64,000 nucleotides of DNA. Source: Octopus vulgaris. Taxonomy: Eukaryota. The position numbers and the translations under genes were made by a program. The DNA is taken from positions 18,290,001-18,354,000 of the forward strand of contig OX597816.1 of NCBI GenBank assembly GCA_951406725.2, read 5' to 3'. The notes beneath the pieces were generated by a model, which ran no database searches, was not told the DNA's origin, and saw only the letters and a program-made list of their open reading frames with translations. This document shows, in pieces, positions 27,489-41,375 of the stretch (position 1 is its first letter; every line of letters starts with the position of its first letter).

Positions 27489-27722
27489 AAGGCGGCGAGC
27501 TGGCAGAAACGTTAGCACGCCGGGCGAAATGCGTAGCCGTATTTCGTCTGCCGTTACGTTCTGAGTTCAAATTCCGCCGAGGTCGACTTTGCCTTTCATC
27601 CTTTCGGAGTCGATCAATTAAGTACCAGTTACGCCCTTGGGTCGATATAATCGACTTAATCTGTTTGTCTGTCGTTGTTTGTCCTCTTTGTGTTTAGCCC
27701 CTTGTGGATAGTAAATAATAGG
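27489..27722 (+). mobile_element. SINE family C monomer
   Basis: AAGGCGGCGAGCTGGCAGAAACGTTAGCACGCCGGGCG head, GAGTTCAAATTCC B-box, GCCTTTCATCCTTTCGG core. Confidence 0.85.
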
Positions 27723-28054
27723 TAATTTAAGCTTTGAATTTTTGCCATATGTATTTCACTTAAATTTTATTGCCTCCAACATCTTGAAATGTGCTCATAA
27801 CTCTTATTTCCTTTTCATATATTACTCAAATTCCATTGTTTAGTAATTATATAGACTAGGACCAGCTATGTACGACATGAATGCACAAATATCTGAAAAA
27901 TGTGTCCCTTTGAGACAAAGATATATTTGACGTTATTAGGTAGTTATTCAACAATCCAATCCAATCACAAGTTGAGTCAAGTCTTAAAGTAACAGTCACT
28001 GAAACCTTGACATTCAGCTTGTTTGGCTCACTCTAGTACACTGTGGGATACTAC

Positions 28055-28322
28055 TCTTTACTCATTACTCTTTACTCTTTTTCTTGTTTCAGTCATTTGA
28101 AAGTGGCCATTGTGGAGCACCTCCTTTAGTCGAGCACATTGACCCCAGGACTTATTCTTCGTAAGCTTAATACTTATTCTATCGGTCTCTTTGCCGAACC
28201 GCTAGGTTACGAGGACGTGAACACACCACCATCGGTTGTCAAGTGATGTTGGGGGGGGACAAACACAGACACAAAAACATACACACACACACAGACACAC
28301 ACACACATACACACATATATGC

Positions 28323-28371
<49 letters not shown>

Positions 28372-30200
28372 TATCAAATTATTACCTTTGTATGGTATTT
28401 ATTCCCATGATGGCCACTTGATAAGATCGATATTTAAATGTCGATATTATCCTTATTTATTAATTTATATATATATATATATATATACATATATACGACG
28501 GGATTCTTTCAGTTTCCGCCTACCAAATCCACTCACAAGACTTTGGTCGGCCCGAGACTATAGTACAAGACACTTGCCAAAGGTGCCACGCAGTGGGACT
28601 GAACCCGGAACCATGTAATTTGTAAGCAAGCGACTTAACACACAACCACTCCTACACCTACTACCTTTACAGTCATTAGATTTTTCAATTAGTTTGCATG
28701 ATTTCAATGACAAATTCATTCAGAAAGGAAAAAAGCCGGAGTGAGAGCGGATATTGTTAACAGCAGGGAATAATAATAGAAAGCAGCATAACGTAATATC
28801 AATCACGAGAAACCAAGTGTTTTGTTATGTGTCTAGACGGATTACTTACTTTGCTTGTATTATATTTTCATTTCAAAACCTTTGAGGTGCAGGAGTGGCT
28901 GTGTGGTAATTAGCTTGCTTACCAACTGCATGGTTCCGGGTTCAGTCCCATTGCGTGGCACCTTGGGCAAGTGACTTCTACTATAGCCTCGGGCCGACCA
29001 AAAGCTTGCGAGTGGATTAGGTAGATGGAAACTGAAAGAAGCCCATCGTATATATGTATATGTATATATATGTGTGCTTTTGTGTGTCTATGTTTGTTCC
29101 CCCAACATCGCTTGATAACAGATGCTGGTGTGTTTACGTCCCTGTAACTTAGCGGTTCGGCAAAATAAGCCGATAGTATAAGTATTAGGCAGACAAAGAA
29201 TAAGTCTTGGGTGTCGATTCGCTCGACTGAAGGCGGTGCTCCAGCATTGCCACTATTAAATGACTGAAAGAACTAAATGAGAATTTAATATTAATCGCAC
29301 CGAATACCATATCTTTGTATTTCATTCTTTATTTTTATGATTCTATTTAAATGTGTCATTGATCTCAGGTGTTCTGGACGCATCCAATTTATTGTTTGCT
29401 CTTTTATTGTTGAGGCTTCAGTTCAGTCGTCTCCTGATATATTTCACACTATCATGAAGACACAAATCCCCCCACACACACACACACACCACAAAACAGA
29501 ACTCTTAATATAATAAATGTAATCAGTTTATTAATGAGGTTATAACTTTCACCTGTGCGCATCTATCGTATTGATAACTATTATTGGTTTTAAATTTTGT
29601 TACAAGGCCAGCAAGTTTAAAGGCAGGGTCTAGGTCGATTACATCGATTCTAGTGATCATTTGATTCTTATTTTAGCGACCCCGAAAGAATGAAAGGCAG
29701 AGTCGACTCCTGTGTCATGTTACCTCAAAGCGTAAATGCAAAAGAAATGACGCTGAGTATTTTTTTTGCGGCTCAGTAAAGATCCTACCAGCTCGCAGAC
29801 TTAATGACTATTAGGAGTTGGTGAGTGGTAAGTAGCTTGCTTACCAACAACATGGTTCCGGGTTCAATCTTCAGTGTCTTCTACTATAGCCTCGCGCCGA
29901 CCAAAGACTTGTGAGTGTATTTGGTAGACGTGAAATGAAAGAAACCCGTCGTATATATCCATATATATGTATGTGTGTGTGTGTCTGCGTTTGTGTGCCA
30001 GTGTTTCTCCCCCCACCCCCAACATCGCTTGACAACCGATGCTGGTGTGTTTACCAGTAGTTAGCGGTAACGTAACGGTTCGGCAAAAGCCGATCGAATA
30101 AGTACTAGGCTTACAAAGAACAAGTCCTCGTGTCGATTTGTTCGACTGAAGGCAGCGCTCCAGCATGGCCACAGTCAAATGACTGAAACAATGAAAAGAA
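28055..30200. mobile_element. Cluster of three SINE family B copies (28055-28660 -, 28886-29280 +, 29813-30200 +)
   Basis: Homology to family B. Confidence 0.8.
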
Positions 30201-30300
30201 TAAAATTAAAAAAAAAAGCGAAAAAAGACCCCTCACAAAAAAAACCCAAAATAAAAAGCACTCGCAAACGAATGCCTGTCTGTCTATATTAATCGGTATG

Positions 30301-30532
30301 AGGCACCGAGCTGGCAGAATGGTTAGCACGCCGGGCGAAATGCTTAGCGGTATTTCGTGTGTCGTTACGTTCTGAGTTCAAATTCCGCCGAGGTCGACTT
30401 TGCCTTACATACTTTCGGGGTCGATAAATTAAGTACCTGTTACGCACTGGGGTCGATGTAATCGATTTAATCCCTTTTTCTGTCCTTGTTTGTCCCCTCT
30501 GTGTTTAGCCCCTCGTGGGTAATAAAGAAATA
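30301..30532 (+). mobile_element. SINE family C monomer
   Basis: Homology to 27489-27722. Confidence 0.85.
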
Positions 30533-32011
30533 TATATTAATTGGTATGAATATAGTGCTAAATATTTTGTTTCTATTAATATTGTACATGCTTCATAACA
30601 AGCTCTCATTTGTGTTTGCCTGTCCATTGATAGTTTGTATTATCTTCCTTCATCATAACTCTCTCTATCTTATATTCACCCACCACTGCTCTGCTTTCTT
30701 TCTTCTTCAATATTTTAGCATCCTTCATCTATTTTTTTTCTCTTTATTCTCTTCACCTAATTCTGTTTTAGCTTTATGATCACAGAATTATTTTTTTCTC
30801 TGCTCCTCTCTTTTACTCATACATATTGCCCCCACTTCTTTCCACTTACTAAAGATATACCACTTACGAGGGAATATTTTACTGACCGACCTACAAGATC
30901 CGTTACCATAGCTACATATATATTCCTGATTTCCATGAATCAACATTAGTTCTTAGAAGTTTCTTTTGTAATTCACAGATTATTGTATAAACATATTCTA
31001 GGAATACGCGTGCCTTTCAGTTCTACGTGATTTAATAAATGGAATTGTTGATCTTAACAATCGAAGACGAGTTTCAATAGATTTTATTTGAAAGAAGAAA
31101 ACTACTCACTGAATACCGAACACTATAATATTGTTATCGACAATTTTGCTAACACTACCGGTTTTTTTGTTTATGCCTTTTCTTTTGTTACGGCGTAATA
31201 TATCGCTTCCCAATTTTTCTCGTTGTTTAGAGTATTTAACCAGAATACGGTGGTCAATATATTAGCCAATCATAGATTTAAGTCGTATTCTTCCACAGTA
31301 TACAGCCCTGCTTTTAAAACTGCTCGAGAAAAATGGAGGCTATAGTATATATTTTCGTAGAGTTTAAAAAGTACCAAACTGAAATATTGAAAAATATCTC
31401 CTAATGCTATTTTCATGTTCCTTGTCAGATGAAGTAGTTATTTTTGTATGAATAGCAATTTGCTTTGTATGAAATTCTATATTTAGCATATCTGGAGACA
31501 TAGTGACGCGTGCACCCGGTATCTATCTCCAGCAAAATGATAAAATTTAACAGTGCAAACAAAATATAATTATTTTGTTTTAAATTATTTATATATACCT
31601 TAGCAAATAGTTTATTATTACGTTATAGCTACTGACTGCAGTGAGATAACAGAATCGTTAGAACACCAGACAAATTGCTAAACGGCATTTCTTACGTCGT
31701 TACGTTCTGGTATCAAATTTAGAAGTGACAGACCTTGCGTTTCCTCCTTTTGGGTTGATGAAATACTTAACAACTAGTCACTGAGGTCGATATAATCGAT
31801 TAGCCAACCCCACCAGAAGTTCAGGCCTTGTGCCTATTAGTAACAAGTTTTTATATCTTTGCTATTTATATGGAACTAAATCGTTCTTCAGTAATATTTC
31901 CTTCGATCACCAATAAAAACTAAGGAAACGTGGTAATAGCACAGATGTACACAAACACTAGGTGAGATAATCATCATTAAAAGAGAAATGCGGTCTGGTA
32001 ACTATATTTCT

Positions 32012-32408
32012 TTTTTACTCTAGGCACAAGGCCTCAAGTTTTGGGGGAGTGGGGTCAATCAATTTGATCGACCCCAGTACGCAAGTGGTACTTAATTTAT
32101 CGACCCCGAAAGGACGACAGGGAAAGTCGACCTCGGCGGAATTTGAACTCACAACATTAAATCAGACTAGATACTTATTTCTGTACTACCCACAAGGGGC
32201 TAAACACAGAGAGGACAAACAAGGACAGGCAAACGGATTTAGTCGATTATATCGACCCCAGTGCGTAAATGGTACTTAATTTATCGACCCCGAAAGGATG
32301 AAAGGCAAAGTCGACGTCGGCGGAATTTGAACTCAGAACGTAACGGCAGACGAAATACGGCTACGCATTTCGCCCGGCGTGCTAACGAATCTGCCAGCTC
32401 GCCGCCTT
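32012..32408 (-). mobile_element. SINE family C dimer
   Basis: Two units; imperfect TSD TCTG(G/A)TAACTAT(A/G)TTTC. Confidence 0.8.
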
Positions 32409-33092
32409 TCTGATAACTATGTTTCCAGCCTCTATCCCGCCAGATTGTGCCCAGTAAATGAAATCGTCTGCTTTAAAGATTACATTATACGTAAAGTAAA
32501 AGAAATCTTATCGGCATCTCCAGTAATGAATATATACTTAGATCTTAATTTAATTGATAGAAATAAGCGTATTAATTTGAAGTAAGTGCATACGAATTTT
32601 TTGCGTAGTACACATAGCGTTTGTTATAAACGAAAAAATAAATAAATTATCACAGCTAATTACTATCTGGATCAAACTGGTGCGTAGAAAGAAACAAAGG
32701 ATTCCTTAAATAAAATGCTATAATAAATATCAATTACGTATATCTTTTGCCTTTCACTACAACACAACAAATGTCAGTCTGACCTGTTTCTGAGTGTAGT
32801 TCATCGCGAAGCAATGCAGTTCTTTATAACAATTCACACACGAGCGTGCTGTTTTAATTAACAAACTTATACTTCTCATCTAGTGTATAGATTCCTTTGA
32901 ATAATATCATAGACAGTGATGGAAATGTCTTATAAACTATATATAAACTCCGTTCATTTTGTAGTTGAAAGCTTAGAAACCAAGCACACCTCAGCTTTAT
33001 TATGCCAGAAGCGTATTCGTATATATAATCGATTACAAGTACTCTATTTGACATCGCTATGTCATTATCAATCCATCAATATATCTTGTCTG

Positions 33093-33170
<78 letters not shown>

Positions 33171-33171
33171 A

Positions 33172-33222
<51 letters not shown>

Positions 33223-33591
33223 CATCTATATCTATCTATCAACCTGCTGTTTGTTCCTTAGTCTCTCTATCCGTTTATTTATGTCATTGCGTATACATCC
33301 GTGCTAGATTCATATCTATGAGTTTGTATATATATATAATTAATTTTCCATTAACTTTTACTGTCAATCGTTCTCAGATTAGCTCATCTATTTCTCATTC
33401 TATTTCGACTCTATTTCAAGTGTGTCTATAGCCAGCTGGAGGAGATATCTTCCTGGGGCTACAAACTACAGTAGCATCCACCCTTAGGGGTTAGCCATAT
33501 TCAAATGGCAAATATGCGTCACGATGTGTTACCGCTACTGTTTATAACTCGCTCTGAGATTTATCATTGTTATATATATATATATATATAT

Positions 33592-33824
33592 ATATTGTTA
33601 TATTTCGGAAGGGTCATATTGCCAGTTTAGCCAATAAAAACACACGCACTATATATTTGATGTTATTTTGCTTCAGTGATATTTATTTTTTACATTAATC
33701 TTAATCTTATTTCGGCCAGAGTTCTTTCGTCACACTCCTGTGACCGCATCAGTGGTCCTTTGTTTTCTTCTTTCGTATTTATTGGCTAAACTGGCAATAT
33801 GACCATTCCGAAATATAACAATAT
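33592..33824 (-). mobile_element. Fold-back mini-element with a minimal hammerhead variant (33714-33758)
   Basis: Arms 33592-33638/33778-33824; minus GGACCA-CTGATG(CG)-GTCACA-GGAG-TGTGAC-GAAA-GAAC-TC-TGGCC. Confidence 0.6.
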
Positions 33825-33876
33825 CTGTTTCAACACACGACTTCACATAAAAAATCTTGCACAACAAATATTTAAA

Positions 33877-33922
<46 letters not shown>

Positions 33923-34532
33923 TGCACCTACTCGTTTAATGATCACGACTGTAGGATTTTCAAAATATTGTTTGCAATGTATATATCGTAATTATATATT
34001 CATTACTAAAAATTATGATATAATTATTTAGGAAAGATAACCCATAAGATTTTGCTTATGATTGAAGCGATGCCAAGAGCTGTAAATTTTATGTGATTGA
34101 AATTTCATTTAAGTTTTTTAACTTTCATTTTACTTAACCCATTATCTCCATTAAAATATATGAAGTTTTTGAATTTAAAATTTCCGCGTTTCTGTATTAC
34201 TTATTAACGCTGATAAATGCTTCTGAAATAGTGCTATATATAGTAAAAATCATTTGTATTTATGAAGGAATGTTGTAACATAAATAAATGAGTGTGAAAT
34301 ATGATAAGTGAATGCGAGGTTCACTACATATCTTAGCATTTGGAGTCTAAAGCCTGTACAATTCAGCTTTACCACTCAACCAATAAAACATGTACGAAAC
34401 ATCGAAATAAGTACACGGACATATACGATCGATTGTACTCTACTGGGCACTGCTCGAGGTAAGTTAAAATTCAATTCCTGAATGCAGTTCAGTACTAAAC
34501 GAAAGTTATACCATTGGAAGTGTTTGTCTATA

Positions 34533-35800
34533 CGAGGGACGTTCAATAAGTAATGCCCCTGACCCACTTGTATTTGTTTGATCTTGCTGAAATTTCGCAT
34601 GCGCAATTATCTATATCTCTATAGATTAAGTGGCAAATTGTGCTTTCTGATATTCAGGTGTTTGAACTGAGTCAAGTGTGAAATGGAGCCTGTTGAGTGT
34701 CGAGCAGTGATCCGGTTTTTGTATTTGAAAGGACGCACACCACGGGAGACTTTTGATGAAATGAAAGTAACTTATGGTGATGATGCCCCATCATATGACC
34801 TTGTAAAACGATGGCATCGTGAATTAAAACATGGTGGGAACTCTGTGGAAACAGCTCCCAGATCTGGTCGCCCCCCTTCTGCCATTGATGAGGCATCTGT
34901 CCGTCAAGTTGAGGCTGCCATTTTGGAAGGTCGACGCATAACTATTCGCCAAAAAGCCCATGACGTCAAGATTAGTACCGGGTCTGTGAAAATTTTCATT
35001 CATGACCATTTGCATATGCAAAAGGTGTCTGCCAGATGGATTCCCAGGCTGCTCACACCTTTCCAGAAGCAAGAACGCGTCGAGTGCTCGAGGATGAATT
35101 TGGAGATGTGCCAAGAAGATGAGTCAAAATTTTCAAAAGATTGATTACACAGGATAAAATCTGGGTCCATCACTATGATCCAGAGACCAAAGCCCAGTCA
35201 ATGCAGTGGAAGTACCGTGACTCACCTCCTCCAAAGAAGGCAAGGATGCAGCCCTCCGCTGGTAGGGTCATGCTCACAGTCTTCTGGGACCAGTAGTGAT
35301 GACAGATTTCCTGACAAAGGGTACCACAATTACAAGAACCTATTATGCTTCACTTTTGAGGAAATTAAGAGATGCTATCAAAATCAAGAGGCGGGGCAAG
35401 ATCAGCAAAGGCATCCTCCTCGTGCAGGACAACGCTCCGGTCCACAACTCGCGTGTCGCCAGATCAGAAGCACAGGAGTGCGGCTATGAACTCCTCACCC
35501 ATTCCCCCTACTCTCCTGACCTTGCACCCTCTGATTTTCACCTCTTCCCAGCCATAAAGTTGTTTTTGAAAGGAAAGCATTTCCCAGATAATGCAGCCTT
35601 GATTTCTGAAGTCACATCGTAGCTGAAGGACCAAGCTGAGGTCTTCTACAAAAACGGTCTCCAGAGCTGCATCAAACGATGGGAGAAATGCGTAACTCAG
35701 GGCGGTTCCTATGTAGAAAAAGACTAAAAACTGTGCCAAGTTTCGTTGCTCTACTGCTATGGGAAGTGGGTCAGGGGCATTACTTATTGAACGCCCCTCG
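34533..35800 (+). mobile_element. Full-length mariner (DD34D) transposon
   Basis: 37-bp TIRs CGAGGGACGTTCAATAAGTAATGCCCCTGACCCACTT (1 mismatch), TA TSD, 1268 bp. Confidence 0.95.
34683..35727 (+). pseudogene. Mariner transposase, frameshifted with premature stops
   Basis: HTH N-terminus, WIPRLL, QDNAPVH, YSPDLAPSDF, GSYVEKD; split over several frames. Confidence 0.92.
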
Positions 35801-35883
35801 TAAGTCATGATTAATGTGTTAACTCACTTTTAACTCAGTTGGATATAGAAATAATGTTAACGAGGTCAGCGGTTTCTTTACTA

Positions 35884-35989
35884 TCACTAGCTACAGCGGA
35901 ACATATCCTAAAATTAGAACGATACAGAGAAGATTAGCATGGCCCCTGCCCAAGGATGACACGCAAATTCGTGAAGCGTCCCATATTTT
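35884..35989 (+). ncRNA. U6: U6 snRNA copy, probably a pseudogene
   Basis: ACGATACAGAGAAGATTAGCATGGCCCCTGCCCAAGGATGACACGCAAATTCGTGAAGCG..CATATTTT; diverged 5' stem. Confidence 0.9.
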
Positions 35990-35993
35990 CTTA

Positions 35994-36174
35994 TAGGCGT
36001 AGGAGCGGGTGTGTGGTAAGTAGCTTGCTTACCAACGTAATGGTTCCGGGTTCAGTCCCACTGCGTGGCAACTTGGGCAAGTGTCTTCTATTATAGCCTC
36101 GGGCCGACCAAAGCCTTATGAGAGGATCTGGTAGACAGAAACTGAATGAAGCCAGTCGTATGTATGTATATATG

Positions 36175-36206
<32 letters not shown>

Positions 36207-36415
36207 AGTGTATTTTTGTGTCTGTGTTTGTCCCCCGCAACATCGCTTGACAATCGATGCTGGTGTGTTTACCTCACCGTACCATAGCGGTTCAACAAAA
36301 TAGACCGATAGAATAAGTACTAGGCTTACAAAGAATAAGTCCTGGGGTCGATTTCAATGAATAAAGGCGGTGCTCCAGCAATGTCGCAGTCAAATGACTG
36401 AAACAAGTAAAAGAG

Positions 36416-36416
<1 letters not shown>
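35994..36416 (+). mobile_element. SINE family B
   Basis: Full copy directly after U6. Confidence 0.85.
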
Positions 36417-36449
<33 letters not shown>

Positions 36450-36730
36450 TTCGTCATAAATATTTCACTAAAATTATATTATTACAATATATATATATAG
36501 AGAGAGATATATAATAACAAAATAATAAATAAAACATATGCATATATACATACATATATGTACGTACCTACATCTATATGTATATATACATGCTTATATG
36601 GGTACAGGACACACAAAAAACAAACGTCGAACACAATGAGAAACAAAAACATAAAAACAAAACCAAGGAAACGGACGTTTTTTAAACAATGAAAAAACAG
36701 AGTAAAAGACATACAACACTAGGAAAATTC

Positions 36731-36818
36731 CCCTTCTTCAGCCGCTTCAGTTTCGTCTACTCCGTGTTTTGAAGGTAAAGGCGAGACACGACTTCAGGAA
36801 ACTGTCCTTCCCGCAAAG
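36731..36818 (-). ncRNA. Non-circularly permuted hammerhead-like ribozyme, G12-mutated copy
   Basis: Minus: GAAGG/CCTTC-(A)AAA, CGTGT/ACACG, TCGC/GCGG-CTGAAGA, extra helix CAGTTTC/GAAACTG. Confidence 0.6.
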
Positions 36819-37454
36819 CAAATTAAATAAAATTTGAGATTTTTTGCGGAGGGGTAAAAGTGGTCACAAAAACAGGACAATAAAAACAATACAAATAAAA
36901 ACTGTAAAAGACAGGACAAGGAGAATAACAGTAACACAAACATTAAGGGCTGTTAAGCCTGAAGGAATGAAAAAATATTTTGAATGCTTTGAAAACGGCT
37001 TGAGAGGGACAGAGAAGGCCGTCTACACTTGTTGGAAGCAGTAGTCAGAAAGGCAGTAGACCTCTGGTCATGTGTCAGTGACGGAAGGGAGGGGGAGGAG
37101 TAAAAGAAAGGGAGAGAAAAAGGGAAGCGTTGTAGAGAAAACCCAGAAAGAATGAAAAATGAGAGAGAGAGAGAGGGACAGTAAGGTTAAAGAAAGGAAA
37201 CCAGAGAGAATGAAGAATGAGAGAGGGAGGGGGACAGAAAGGTTAAGAGTGCGCATTATTATTATTAAGATAAAACTTACTTGGAAATGGATGCGTGGTG
37301 TTCCATCATATAATAACCAAATAATAAATAAAACATATGCGTGTTTGTATACATGCTTATCTTTGTATATTCTAAAATGTGTTTCTAGGCATGTTCACTC
37401 ACCCCCACACACATACACGCTCATATGTTTAATTACGTACTTGTCAAAATATGT

Positions 37455-37510
<56 letters not shown>

Positions 37511-38162
37511 CTATGTATGCATATATAGGTTCATTCCATATATATTAGTATATATGTCTTCTGCCCATTTGCATTTATATGCGCAGTTTAATATTCTCGT
37601 TTTGGTGTCCTATACCTACAAATTCTGATCCTTTCTTTATATTACTTTATGTTCTGATATCATATGCTTCATTACGTTTGTATTTGTACGGATTCTCGTT
37701 TGTTGATATTTTCATGTATCAGCCTGTTTGTGATTGAATTCCAATCATTAATATATCCATGCGTATATATTTATGCTTACCATACAATACTCTAGGCATC
37801 ATTGTTAGAAATATGTCGTGCTAGCTTTTTCTGTTTTATTCCTCCCGGCTATATAAATAATACCTCCACGATTTCTGCATTAATTTTTCTCTTTGTTTAT
37901 ATCAGCTACTTCAATGACTATAGAGAAATCTTTCTAAACATATTCCAACGCTTCTTGCTGTCCCTTTGCAGTGCAGGATTTTATACGATTTGCTGCTTTG
38001 TGAGTTCGAAAATATTTTCCATATACGTTATAGATTCCTCTAAAAATGTATTGCTGTTAATTAGCTGCTGATAGCCCTTTCTGTTTCCACATGTGATGGC
38101 GCTTCGTAACAGTACATTTACAAAATTTGCTGTACGCAAATTTTTCTAAAATCTTTCTCAAT

Positions 38163-38336
38163 AGGCGCAGGAGTGGCTGTGTGATAAGTAGCTTGCTAAC
38201 CAACCACATGGTTCCGGGTTCAGTCCCACTGCGTGGCATCTTAGGCAAGTGTCTTCTGATATAGCCCCGGGCCGACCAATGCCTTGTGAGTGGATTTGGT
38301 AGACGGAAACTGAAAGAAGCATGTCGTATATATGTT

Positions 38337-38426
<90 letters not shown>

Positions 38427-39186
38427 CTTGTTTGTCTGTGTTTGTACCTCTAGCATTGCTTGACAACCGATGCTGGTGTGCTTACGTCCCGTCACTTAGC
38501 GGTTCGGCAAAAAGTGACCGATAGAATAAGTACTGGGCTTACAAAGAATAAGTCTCGGGGTCGATTTGCTCGACTGAAACAAATAAAAGAGTAAAGAGTA
38601 TATCTAATGTGATTTGCTGAGTTGCTGTGCCGTATCTTGAATTTGGTGTAGACATAAGTCCTTGTTGGAAATTTGTATATATATATATTTGGAGGCGTAG
38701 GAGTGGCTGTGTGGGAAGTATCTTGCTTACCAGACACATGGTTCCGGGTTCAGTCCCACTGCATGGCACCTTGGGAAAGTCTCTTCTACTATAGCCTCGG
38801 GTCGACTAAAGCCTTGTAAGTGGATTTGATTGACGGAAACTGAAAGAAGCCGGTTGTATATATATATACATATAAATATGTATGTGTGTATATATGTTTC
38901 TGTGTCTGTTCGTCCCCACAACATCGCTTGACAACAGATGCTGGTGTGTTTACGTCCACGTAACTTAGCGGTTCGGCAAAAGAGACCGGTAGAATAAGTA
39001 CTAGGCTTACAACGAAGAATAAGTCTTCGTGTCGATTTGCTCGACTAAAGGCGGTGCTCCAGGATGGCCACAGTCAAATGACTGAAACAAGTGAAAGACT
39101 AAGTGTAAAGAGTATATCTGTGATTTGCTGAGTTGGTGTGCCGTATCTTGGATTTGGTGTAGATGCAAGTTCTTGTTGGAAATGTA

Positions 39187-39190
<4 letters not shown>
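38163..39190 (+). mobile_element. Two tandem SINE family B copies, each followed by the same ~90-bp segment
   Basis: 38593-38675 resembles 39106-39186. Confidence 0.8.
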
Positions 39191-39246
<56 letters not shown>

Positions 39247-39327
39247 AATTTATCTCTCTATCTCTCTCTCTCTCTCTCTCTTTCTCCCCCTATATATATA
39301 TATATACACACAAACATACATACATAC

Positions 39328-39359
<32 letters not shown>

Positions 39360-39917
39360 GTATATACATGACGGGCTTATTTTAGTTTCCGTCTACCTCG
39401 CAAGAATTTGGTCGGACTGAGGCTACGGTGGAAGACACTTATCGAAGGTGCCACACAGTGGGACTAGACTGGGAACCATGTGGTTGGCAAGCAAGCTTCT
39501 CTAACACACAGCTATTCGTTGGTTAAGGTGGGAGGGAAGTGAAGAAAATGAGAGGCAGAAGGACAAAAAGAAATTCGTAGTAGTTTTGAGGGAAAATGGC
39601 AGAGAGACACTCATATCTGTTTGTCACTACCTGAAATTTGTGTATTCATTATGATTAAAATAATAAATATCTGTGGTGTATATAACGCCTCCTGTTGTTA
39701 TAAGAAAATATCAATCTTTGAAGATGAGATCTGTGGTGAAAGAGATTCAAGCTGTCACCATTCGCTCTTGCAGTGAATTGAGACTTCATTTACAAATTCT
39801 ATATTTTCTCAGAATTATTAATTTCTCGTGTCTATTTCGTCTTATTTTTATCTTCTGATTTCTTCATGGCATGAAAGCAAAAATTAAACGCTTACCAAAG
39901 GGCCCATAATTTCATCA

Positions 39918-40299
39918 GTGGAGGCGCAATGGCCCAGTGGTTAGGGCAGCGGACTCGCGGTCATAGGATCGCAGTTTCGATTCCCAGACCGGGCGTTGTG
40001 AGTGTTTATTGAGCGAAAACACGTAAAGCTCCACGAGACTCCGGCAGGGATGGTGGTGATCCCTGCTGTACTCTTTCACCACAACTTTCTCTCACTCTTA
40101 CTTCCTGTCTCTGTTGTACCTGTATTTCAAAGGGCCGGCCTTGTCACTCTCTGTGTCACGCTGAATATCCCCGAGAACTACGTTAAGTGTACACGTGTCT
40201 GTGGAGTGCTCAGCCACTTACACGTTAATTTCACGAGCAGGCTGTTCCGTTGATCGGATCAACCGGAACCCTCGTCGTCGTAACCGACGGAGTGCTTCC
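39918..40299 (+). mobile_element. SINE family A (tail type 3)
   Basis: Homologous to 19061; TSD AATTTCATCA. Confidence 0.88.
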
Positions 40300-41143
40300 A
40301 CAATTTCATCACACATCTTTAATAGCAATATTGTGTACAAACCTGATCAGTGCATAGAATTTAGTTATTTTTTAACAGCCACCAATATTGCAGCGATTCA
40401 ACTAAATTCAAATTTACCCCTCGGCAGCTGAAAGTTTTTTTCGACACCTCATATTACGAATCTTTTCCCTTGTTAAATATTCATTCTTCTTGAGAATTCA
40501 GAATTAAAATATAAACGGAATATAACAAATAACACAAGTGTTCCACTATTTCTTGATAATTATATTGATTCAGATTTCAGGTAGCTAATCTTGGAAACAT
40601 TATGTTCAAATGTAGAGCGGTGATTGTTGCTAAGTTATCTTGAGATTATTATTGAATATAGAAATTAGTCATCGTTACCTAAAGCTACTGGATATTACGA
40701 CATGAAAGAAGGTGACATATGTTTAAGGCATTAGCAATATTCGCTGTGATAGTTAATAATATCACATCTTGAATCTGACAAAGCTAGAATAGTGTAACAG
40801 ACTTGAAGTAATATTACAGCAACACAACATATTAGCTTGTTGCCATGATGATAAATCCCATTTTGACTTACATTTCTCTCTTTCCAGATAGTTGAACACA
40901 TTCATCAAGTGTCTTATCTGAGATCTCTTAAACATTTTCGCTTCAGAAATTATTTATTACTGAATAGTTCTCCGTTATGCTGTCCACCTGAAACAGGTTA
41001 TGCCGGTGTATAGTGGCATTCTGAAGCGTAGACATTTAGTGCAATAGAATTTACGTTATTAAAAGGTTGTAATCATACGAGGGACCTGATGATACCGGTG
41101 CAAATATAAAGCAAATATAAGGTGATGTTTGTTAAGCTGGTTT

Positions 41144-41375
41144 AAGGCGACGAGCTGGCAGAAGCGTTGGCGTGCCGGGCAAAATGCTTAGCGGTGTTTC
41201 GTCTGTCGTTACGTTCTGAGTTCAAATTCCGCCGAGGTCGACTTTGCCTTTCAACCTTTCGGAGTCGATAAATAAAGTACCAGTTTCGCACTGGGTCGAT
41301 ATAATCGACTTAATCCGTTTGTCTGTCCTTGTTTGTCCCCCCTGTGTTTAATCCCTTGTGGGTAGTAAAGAAATA
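41144..41375 (+). mobile_element. SINE family C monomer
   Basis: Homology to family C. Confidence 0.8.

Noticed and set aside
40888-41012. Possible host exon after TCTCTCTTTCCAG
   Set aside because: Short frame, no recognisable protein, no partner exons
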